Source: an uncultured Planctomycetaceae bacterium (GTDB lineage Bacteria; Planctomycetota; Planctomycetia; Planctomycetales; Planctomycetaceae). From it: a DNA stretch of 24,000 bases. The DNA is taken from positions 3,000 to 26,999 of the forward strand of contig CAYSAG010000036.1 in the NCBI GenBank assembly GCA_964428935.1. Reading direction: 5' to 3'. Position numbers and translations under genes: made by a program. The notes under the pieces are model-generated. The model saw only the letters and a program-made list of their open reading frames with translations, was not told the DNA's origin and made no database searches. Positions 16,467 to 23,301 of the stretch are shown here, in pieces (position 1 is the first letter of the stretch; each line of letters opens with the position of its first letter).

Positions 16467-19262
16467 TCATCGGTTCGTCCGCGGCGTTTCGGTCACCCGG
16501 ACGCCGCGCGCGTCGCGCGGCAGCCGCAGGACCGTCCCAATCTTCAGGTCGTTCGGGTTTTGAAGCTTGTCCCGGTTGAGCTCGAAGATTTGAATCCACC
16601 GCGACGCCCGACCCAGGTGCCGCTGGGCAATTTCCGACAGCGTGTCTTCCGGGCCGACCCGGTAAAGCGGCTCGCCGCTCGGTCCCAGGAAGAAACCAGC
16701 CGGCTGGCTGGAGGCGGTGCTGGCGGGCGACGAGCGCCCCGTGCTCCGGCCGGTGCGGGAACCCGCTCGCGGCACCAATTCCGGGAACCGACTCTCCAGC
16801 ACCTGCGGCGGCGGCACCTCAATGGTCATTCCCGGACGCATTCGTCGAGGGTCTGGAATGCGGGACTTGTTGTAGAGCGCGAGGGCCTGGAAGTAGCGAG
16901 CCGTTCCGTAGACCTTCTTCGAAATGGTCCAGAACGTGTCGTTCTGTTGGACGACGTACTTCTTCGGCCGCGACGGCCCCAAAGGAGGCTGGAAGTGGCT
17001 GGCGTCGAACGGGGAAGAGCCGGAACCCGGCTCGCCCGCCTTCGACCCAACGCCCACCGAAGCCGGCTGGCCCGCGGCGTTCGCCTCTACGCCGGCACCC
17101 GAAGCCCCGAAAGGAGAAGCCGACGACGGTAAAGCCGATTCGGCCACGGGTGCCTCCGTGCCTCGACCCGCTCCGCGTCCCGGCGTGCGAACCACGGGGC
17201 GGGCCGGCTTCACGGCCGGTTGACCCGCTCCGCCGGTTTCGAACGGTTCGGCCAGTCCCGGCGCCGGAGTTCGGCTGCCGAAGAGCGGCGTCGGTTGCGG
17301 CTCGACCGGCGAAGGCCGGGGCGGCAGCGACTCCACGGGCTCGCCCGCCAGTCCCGCGTTGGTCCGCCGACCGGACGAACGCTCGCGCCCCCCTGCCCCC
17401 TCGCTCACCGGCTCCGGCGGCAGAAAACCGTCCAATGCACCGAAGTCGTCCGGCTCAACGTCGGGCGAGCTCTTGCCTTTGTGCTGGGCGGAGCCTTTCG
17501 TCACGCTCGTGGTGGCGGTGGTGGCTGCTCGAGCTCGCTTGCCGGGAGCGACAGCGGGAGCGAACGGGTCGGAGCTGGTCGCGTCCGACGACGCCCGGCC
17601 CGGCCAGCTCGTTGCGCCGAACGGGTCGCTTCCAACCGGAACCGGCTGGCCAGCGGAGCCGCTTTGTCCGGCACGAACTCGGCTCGGCTTCGTCGTTTCG
17701 TCCACCGGGCTGAGCTCTTGCCGTCCCGACGCCCCCGGCTGCGCGGAGCCGAACGGGTCCGCTCCGACGGGCCAGCCGTCTGCAGCGGACGGTTGTTCCG
17801 GCTCGGCGTCCGGTCCGGCCGTCGCCGGCTTCGAATTGCCCGGCCGGGTCGCCGGGTCGTTCTGCCTGTGTCCCGGCTGGTTCCCGCCGGACCGGGAGGT
17901 CCGTGTGGACCGGCCCGCTTTCCCTTTGCCGCCCGCTCGGTGTTTGCCCGGGCCGTTTGCTTTGCGTGCGCGGCCCGTCGATTGGCGACCCGCAGCTCGT
18001 TTGTCCTTTTGCCCCGTTCGAGGCGCCAGAGCCACTTGCAACGACGTCGGGTCGCTCGGGCCGGAGCCACTCGTCGCCGCGGAACCAGCCCCGGCGGCGG
18101 GTTCGTCCGACGCCCGACTGGCGTCGCCAGCCTGCGCGGACGGAGGCTCCTCCGCAGCGACCAACAGAACCGGGCGGCTGGTCGAAGCGTCTGACGACGC
18201 GCCGTCGTCCGACAGGCCACCGTCCGGGGTCTCGCTGTTCGGTTCCACGTCGTTCGCTCCCCCAACGTTCGCCGACTCAACGTTCGGTGAGCCGACCGGT
18301 GAGCCGAGACTCGGTGAGCCGACGTGGAGCGGACTGCCTTCCGACGCCGCGGCGCTCGCTGCCGCAGTGGCCGAGACGCCGGTGGCAGCCGGTGAGTCGA
18401 ACGGTTCCAGCGCGGGAGCGGCCGACCGGCCGGCTGGAGCTTCGGCCGTCGGAGCCGAGCCGCTTTGGTCCGGCGCGGGTGAGAACGCTGCGGCCGGGAA
18501 AGACGGCGGACCGGACGTGCCTGTGCGTGGCTCGTCCAAGCCCGGAAGCAACGGTGGAGAGCCGGCGGCTGCGTGCGAGTCGGGTGCTGCTTCGGTGCCG
18601 GCCGCTCCGCTCGAGTCGGCCACTGGGCTCGCTCCGTCCGCTGTGGACGCCCCGACGGGCACCAGGCTGGGCGTGGAAGCGTCGTCAGCCGGCTGGGCGT
18701 TTCGAGGCGACTCGGCCTGCGCGCCGAGCGGCTCGGCTTTCGCAAACTCAAACTCGCTGCCGTTGGCCGCCGCGTTGCCGCTCCCCGCCGCTTCGGACTG
18801 CGGCGACCAAGCCAGCGAGCTCGCCCCGCTCGACGCCGCCGGGCCCGCGTCGGCCGCTTCGCCGCTCGGCGGTTCGGTCTGCTGCAACAAGAAGTCGTCC
18901 TCGGCCAGACGCGAGGTGCCCGTCGAGTCGGCCGTTGCCGCGGAACCGGCTGTGAAGCTCGAAGCCGCCGTCGACGCGGACGAGGTGGCCGACTTGTCCG
19001 ACAAGCTGGTGCTGGCGGCGGGCTGTCCTTCGGTGACGACCGCCGTCGCCGACTGCGCCGGACCTCCACCTTTCCACCTCAGCGAGACGACCACCGCAAA
19101 GGCCAGCAGAATCAACGCAATTCCCGCTGCCGCCCACTTCGCCTCACGCGACAGGCTCCTGACCTTCTTGCCAAAGCCCCAGTCGTCCGAAGACTGGTCC
19201 GAAGCAACGACCGGTTGGTCCTTCACCTTTTCGTCGCTGCTCTGAGCTTTGCCGATCGACAT
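16467..19262 (-). CDS. Bitopic LysM-domain protein (931 aa): short N-terminal cytoplasmic part, one TM helix, ~700-aa Ala/Ser/Pro/Gly-rich disordered region, two C-terminal LysM peptidoglycan-binding domains
   Basis: Lies in ORF 16467..19325. I prefer ATG 19262 (MSIGKAQSSDEK...), which has AAGGAGA 8 nt upstream. TM helix: AKWAAAGIALILLAFAVVVSL. The two LysM matches are listed as separate features. The start overlaps the 3' end of rsmH by 40 nt. Confidence 0.85.
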   Translation of the reverse strand: MSIGKAQSSDEKVKDQPVVASDQSSDDWGFGKKVRSLSREAKWAAAGIALILLAFAVVVSLRWKGGGPAQSATAVVTEGQPAASTSLSDKSATSSASTAASSFTAGSAATADSTGTSRLAEDDFLLQQTEPPSGEAADAGPAASSGASSLAWSPQSEAAGSGNAAANGSEFEFAKAEPLGAQAESPRNAQPADDASTPSLVPVGASTADGASPVADSSGAAGTEAAPDSHAAAGSPPLLPGLDEPRTGTSGPPSFPAAAFSPAPDQSGSAPTAEAPAGRSAAPALEPFDSPAATGVSATAAASAAASEGSPLHVGSPSLGSPVGSPNVESANVGGANDVEPNSETPDGGLSDDGASSDASTSRPVLLVAAEEPPSAQAGDASRASDEPAAGAGSAATSGSGPSDPTSLQVALAPRTGQKDKRAAGRQSTGRARKANGPGKHRAGGKGKAGRSTRTSRSGGNQPGHRQNDPATRPGNSKPATAGPDAEPEQPSAADGWPVGADPFGSAQPGASGRQELSPVDETTKPSRVRAGQSGSAGQPVPVGSDPFGATSWPGRASSDATSSDPFAPAVAPGKRARAATTATTSVTKGSAQHKGKSSPDVEPDDFGALDGFLPPEPVSEGAGGRERSSGRRTNAGLAGEPVESLPPRPSPVEPQPTPLFGSRTPAPGLAEPFETGGAGQPAVKPARPVVRTPGRGAGRGTEAPVAESALPSSASPFGASGAGVEANAAGQPASVGVGSKAGEPGSGSSPFDASHFQPPLGPSRPKKYVVQQNDTFWTISKKVYGTARYFQALALYNKSRIPDPRRMRPGMTIEVPPPQVLESRFPELVPRAGSRTGRSTGRSSPASTASSQPAGFFLGPSGEPLYRVGPEDTLSEIAQRHLGRASRWIQIFELNRDKLQNPNDLKIGTVLRLPRDARGVRVTETPRTNR
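16518..16670 (-). other. LysM domain 2 coding segment
   Basis: PLYRVGPEDTLSEIAQRHLGRASRWIQIFELNRDKLQNPNDLKIGTVLRLP fits the same LysM pattern. Confidence 0.8.
16812..16964 (-). other. LysM domain 1 coding segment
   Basis: KKYVVQQNDTFWTISKKVYGTARYFQALALYNKSRIPDPRRMRPGMTIEVP fits the LysM pattern Y.V..GDTL..IA...YG.......I...N.......P..I.PGQ.L.IP (YgaU-like subtype). Confidence 0.8.
18264..18322 (-). repeat. Short imperfect in-frame tandem repeats inside the LysM gene linker
   Basis: On the + strand, GGTGAGCCGA occurs three times (18286, 18298, 18313) and AACGTTCG twice (18264, 18279). This encodes ...GSPSLGSPVGSPNVESANVGG... and is typical low-complexity slippage. Confidence 0.5.
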
Positions 19263-20185
19263 CGCGGATTTCTCCTTACCTCCGCAAGACTGGCCTGAAC
19301 GGGTTTTTTCGTCAGCACGTCCCACCGCGCCGCGTCTCGGAAGCAGTTCTTGACCAAGCGGTCTTCCAGCGAGTGGAACGAAATGACGACCAAACGCCCG
19401 CCGGGGACCAGTGAGTCGTAAAGGTCGTGCTCCAGGGCCCGTTCCAGCAACGACAGCTCGTCGTTGACTGCAATTCGCAACGCTTGAAAGACCCGTGTGG
19501 CCGGGTGCCGCCTGGCCGTCCGAAGGAACTTGGCCGGAATGGCCTCTTCGACAACCGCCGACAGCTCCGCAGCCGTCCGAATCGGACGCTGTCGGCGAAC
19601 TTCAACGACGCGGCGGGCAATTGGGCCGGCAAAACGCTCTTCGCCGTACTCCCGCAAAATTCGCTCCAGCTCCCGTTCGCTCACCGACTGCAAAAGCTGC
19701 CAGGCTGGTTGCCCCTGGCCGGGGTCGAAGCGAAGGTCCAAAGGGCCGTCGGCGTCGAAGCTGAAGCCGCGCGACGGGTCGGCCAGTTGGTCGGACGAAA
19801 GCCCGAGGTCGAGCAGAATTCGGTCGACGCCGGCCAATTCGCGCCCGGTCGCCTGCCGAAACTCGTCCAACACCCGAGACAGCTCGCTGTAGCTGGCGTG
19901 GAACAGGAAGCAGTTGGCGGCCGGCAGCTCCTGCCGAGCCAGCTCGAGCATGAACGGGTCGCGGTCGAGGCCAATGAGCGTTCCGTCGGGTCCGATTCGT
20001 TCGAGAATTCGGCGCGCGTGCCCGCCCGCTCCCACCGTTCCGTCCACGACCACCAACCCGGGACGCAACGCCAGGTAAGTGAGCACCTGGTCGACCAAGA
20101 CTGGCACGTGTTGAGCGTTCACGAGCCGAACTCGCTGGGCTTGTGCGGGCCACTCAGACACCAATGGACCGGGCGAGCCGAGCAT
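19223..20185 (-). CDS. rsmH: 16S rRNA (cytosine1402-N4)-methyltransferase RsmH (MraW)
   Basis: Lies in ORF 19223..20260. Matches RsmH throughout: HVPVLVDQVL, DGTVGAGGH (SAM site), LGLSSDQL, RGFSF..DGPLDLRFD, EYGEERFA..IARRVV, HPATRVFQALRIAVNDEL, ISFHSLEDRLVK, NPRCRSAKLR. The start is ambiguous among ATG 20185 (chosen; weak AAGG upstream), GTG 20122 and the ORF start 20260. Confidence 0.9.
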   Translation of the reverse strand: MLGSPGPLVSEWPAQAQRVRLVNAQHVPVLVDQVLTYLALRPGLVVVDGTVGAGGHARRILERIGPDGTLIGLDRDPFMLELARQELPAANCFLFHASYSELSRVLDEFRQATGRELAGVDRILLDLGLSSDQLADPSRGFSFDADGPLDLRFDPGQGQPAWQLLQSVSERELERILREYGEERFAGPIARRVVEVRRQRPIRTAAELSAVVEEAIPAKFLRTARRHPATRVFQALRIAVNDELSLLERALEHDLYDSLVPGGRLVVISFHSLEDRLVKNCFRDAARWDVLTKKPVQASLAEVRRNPRCRSAKLRAATKR

Positions 20186-20691
20186 GGGTGCCTTGGGGGA
20201 ACTGGAGCCAAGCCGGCCGGTTCGCGCTGCCTGTCGCCACCGCGCAGGCCAAACCGTCACCCCCGCGCGACCAGCCTGGCGGCGTCAGAAAAGGAATGCC
20301 AAACCAACCTGTCAAAGTGCTCGGAAAGTCGGCGAAATGTACGTCTTTCGGCCAGACGGGGAAAGGTCAAAACCCGCGGCGGGCCGGCGTAGAGGGTTCG
20401 TCCGTTTACTTGGGCGTGCGCGGAAGCCGGAGGCCCACGCTCCGTCGTCGCCGCCTGGGAGTTGCGTCTTGTCGCGGAGCTCGCAAGGCACGCCCCGACG
20501 GCTTCGAGGAGCGAAAGAGCGAGAAAAACGCGGGCGAGTTCCCGACACGCTTGCTTGCTGCCACCGTTCTCTGCACGGAACGTCCCGGCCGCTTCTGCGG
20601 ACTTTCCCGAGTGCACGCGGTCGGCCGCTTCGACAGGCGACACCGAAGACGGCTGCCGCTCCGACGCTTGGCCTTGTGACAACCCGGGCGC

Positions 20692-21435
20692 TCAGCAGCG
20701 GCCCTGCAAGACGTCGCCGAGGAATTGAGCCGAGCGGGTCAGGACGGTCGAGGGAATTTCGTGCAGTCCCGGGAAGCGAAGGAACTCCACGCGAGCCCCC
20801 GCGGCCGAGAGCAGGTCTCGCAGTCGCAAAGCCAGCTCGAACGGCAGAATCGGGTCGTGCTCCCCGTGGCTCTGCAAAACAGGCACGTCCTTCAGGCGAG
20901 AAGCCAGCGCCCGCCAGTGGGGCTCGCACACCAGACTGCCCGACCACAGGCACAGCGCCGCGGGTCGTTCGGCCCAGTGCAACGCGACGTCCACCGAAAG
21001 AATGGCCCCTTGGGAAAAACCGCCGAGCACCAACCGAGACGGCTCCAGCGATTCCCGCCGACACAGCTCCTGCGCCAGTTCGGTCAACCGCTGCCGAGCC
21101 TCGGCCAGACCGTCGGGCACGCGCCGGCAAAGCTGTTCGTACTCGGCTCGCTGAACGGCCTGCTGCAGCCGTTCCATGTCAATCAGCCACCACGCTCGAC
21201 CGCCCGGCAGTCCGTAGTCGTCCAGCGGCAAAGGAGCTTCGGGAAAGACGAAGCGAACTCGGTCCGCCAGCGCCGGGTTCCGCTGAACCAACTCGCCGGC
21301 CAGCGGAACTAGGTCGTCTCCGGGAGCTCCAAAGCCGTGAGACAGGACCACGGCCAGTTCGACGGTCTGCCTTTCGGACCAGGCCGGCACGACGCGACAG
21401 CGCAGGCCGGCCAGCGTGGTGACGTCGCCAAACAT
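20692..21435 (-). CDS. Alpha/beta hydrolase, phospholipase/carboxylesterase (Abhydrolase_2-like) family
   Basis: 247 aa. Nucleophile elbow GGFSQGA, an early HG motif (VVLSHGFGAPGDDL), and a C-terminal LQSHGEHDPILPF carrying the catalytic Asp/His region. AAGGG lies ~7 nt upstream of the ATG. Confidence 0.85.
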   Translation of the reverse strand: MFGDVTTLAGLRCRVVPAWSERQTVELAVVLSHGFGAPGDDLVPLAGELVQRNPALADRVRFVFPEAPLPLDDYGLPGGRAWWLIDMERLQQAVQRAEYEQLCRRVPDGLAEARQRLTELAQELCRRESLEPSRLVLGGFSQGAILSVDVALHWAERPAALCLWSGSLVCEPHWRALASRLKDVPVLQSHGEHDPILPFELALRLRDLLSAAGARVEFLRFPGLHEIPSTVLTRSAQFLGDVLQGRC

Positions 21436-21908
21436 TCTTCGCCCTTTCGTTCGTGCGTCCCGAGCTGCCAGGACGGGTTGGTGGTCGAACTGGAGCCGCC
21501 AAGAGCGTCAACCAGCGCAGGGGTAAGTCCACTTTCGCCGCGGCCCTCGACGACCAGCGGCCAGACCCGGCGCGGACCCGCGGCCCTTTCCCGTTCCGAC
21601 GTGAACTCACACACCGTGGGCTCATGGACGGGCCGCGCCGGGAGCGACTGTGTAACGGCTGGCCCTTGGGAAGTCCAGTCTCCGAGCGAACGGCTGAGCT
21701 GCGGAAGCTGGTTGCAGGGAAGGGGGCTTCGTGGTTGAATGGTGTCTGTCGGAAAGGGCGAGAAGCGGACGAGTCGGGTTGCTGCAACGCGTTGGGTCCG
21801 GGACGCGAGCGTCGCAGCTGGCCGCTTTCGGAGTTGCGCGGTGAAGCCGGCCTGCGGTTCCTACTCTGTCCGGTCCGCCGCAGAAGACAGCGAGGAGGAG
21901 CGGGAGCC

Positions 21909-23075
21909 ATGCCGAGGGAACGACTGACGCCGCGCGAGCGTCTGCTCGTCGCGCTCAACCACGAAGAACCGGACCGAGTGCCCATTGACCTGGGCGGGCA
22001 CCAGACCGGCATCCACCGAATCGCCTACGAACGGCTGCTGCAGCACCTGGGCATTGCCGACGAAGTGACGCTGCTGGACCCGATTCAGCAATTGGCCAAG
22101 CCGTGTGAAGAGGTCTTGGAGCGGTTTCACGTCGACACTCGCTACGTCGTCGCCGGCCCTGGCAGCGGGTTCGACGGACGAATCGAGCGGGTCGAGCGGG
22201 ACGGGAAAGTTTGGTACGAATTGACCGACGAGTTCGGCGTCCGCTGGTCCATGCCGGCCGACTCGCCGCTCTACATGGACATCACTTACCACCCGCTGGC
22301 CGACGCCACTTTAGACGACATTCGCCAGTACCCGTTTCCGAACGGCGCGGACCCGGCGCGGTTCGCGGGCTTGCGCGAGAAGGCCCTGCAACTGCGAAAC
22401 GAAACTCCGTACGCCATTGTGAGCGGAATTTCCGGGGTCGTTTACGAAATCTGCTGGTACATGCGAGGGCTGGAGCAGTGGTTCGTGGACATGAAGACCC
22501 AGCCCGAAATCTGCGAAGCCCTGCTCGACGCAACCTTGAACTTCTGGCTGGACTGGTTCCGCGTGTTTCTGGACGAGGTGGGCGACCTGGTCGACGTCAT
22601 CATGATTGGTGACGACCTGGCCGGGCAGCACGGGCCTTTGTTCAGCCCCGAGTTCTACCGGCGTGTGGTGAAACCCCGACAGAAGCAACTGGTCCAGTAC
22701 ATTCGCTCGCGCACGCTGGCTCGCATTTGGTACCACACGTGCGGGTCCTGCGTTGAGTTCATTCCCGACCTGCTCAACAACGGCATCGACATTCTCAACC
22801 CAGTGCAAATCAGCGCCGAGGGAATGGTCCCGGCTGAACTGAAGAACGACTACGGCGACGTGCTGGTCTTCTGGGGCGGGGCCATTGATTCCCAGCACGT
22901 GCTGCCGAACGCCTCGCCGGAAGAAGTGCGCGAGCACGTGCGGCGCAACCTGGAAGTTTGGAAACCTGGCGGCGGCTACGTGTTCGCCAACGTGCACAAT
23001 GTCCAGGCCGACGTGCCGCCGGAAAACATTGTCGCGCTGTACGACGCCGCCTACGAGTTCGGGTTCTACGACTGA
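21909..23075 (+). CDS. Uroporphyrinogen decarboxylase (URO-D) family protein, non-HemE (MtaA/CmuA-like subgroup)
   Basis: Lies in ORF 21453..23075. ATG 21909 follows GAGGAGGAG and gives MPRERLTPRERLLVALNHEEPDRVPIDLGG..., the typical N-terminus of URO-D-family paralogues. It lacks the HemE RQAGRY motif. The 152 codons upstream are Arg-rich and look non-coding. Confidence 0.8.
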   Translation: MPRERLTPRERLLVALNHEEPDRVPIDLGGHQTGIHRIAYERLLQHLGIADEVTLLDPIQQLAKPCEEVLERFHVDTRYVVAGPGSGFDGRIERVERDGKVWYELTDEFGVRWSMPADSPLYMDITYHPLADATLDDIRQYPFPNGADPARFAGLREKALQLRNETPYAIVSGISGVVYEICWYMRGLEQWFVDMKTQPEICEALLDATLNFWLDWFRVFLDEVGDLVDVIMIGDDLAGQHGPLFSPEFYRRVVKPRQKQLVQYIRSRTLARIWYHTCGSCVEFIPDLLNNGIDILNPVQISAEGMVPAELKNDYGDVLVFWGGAIDSQHVLPNASPEEVREHVRRNLEVWKPGGGYVFANVHNVQADVPPENIVALYDAAYEFGFYD

Positions 23076-23105
23076 CCCGCTCGGTCGTCGGAGAAACCAA
23101 AAGCA

Positions 23106-23137
23106 ACGCCGGCCCAAGACGGGCCGGCGTGTTTTCT
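23106..23137 (+). terminator. Rho-independent terminator, probably bidirectional, between convergent genes
   Basis: Perfect 10-bp stem ACGCCGGCCC / GGGCCGGCGT (23106-23115 and 23121-23130) with a 5-nt loop, followed by GTTTTCTG. On the other strand the stem is followed by TGCTTTTGGTTT. It begins 31 nt after the URO-D-family stop codon. Confidence 0.6.
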
Positions 23138-23301
23138 GCGACAGGCTTCACGGACGAGTTGTCGTGTTCCGCAAGCCGGCTCGTTCCGTCCGGCGACGGG
23201 CCGCAGTGGAGCTTGCTGCTGGAGGAACGACTCGCAGCCAGAAACCGCCCGGGCGGACCGCTCGCTTTCGACGAGACCGGCGTCGCTCCCAGCGGTTGCA
23301 G

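Noticed and set aside
17359-19245. A 628-aa ORF on the + strand antisense to the LysM gene, plus further long ORFs in other frames (17501..19069 -, 17903..18955 +, 17220..18194 +).
   Set aside because: The minus-frame ORF 16467..19262 carries two clear LysM domains, a TM helix and a good SD. The others are Arg/Pro/Ala-rich translations of the same GC-rich low-complexity DNA, where stop codons are rare in every frame. The same applies to the long alternative-frame ORFs inside 10500..13064 and 3238..4929.
20257-20682. The 141-aa ORF as mraZ.
   Set aside because: It has no MraZ-type duplicated motif, a TTG start, no SD, and only intermediate GC3. It is kept as an open question in the findings, not as a feature.
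21715-21760. A possible cobalamin riboswitch upstream of the URO-D-family gene (AGGGAA followed by GGUG).
   Set aside because: The spacing and the remaining core (GGUG.AA..CC...CCCGC..CUGU, the GCCACUG B12 box) are not present.
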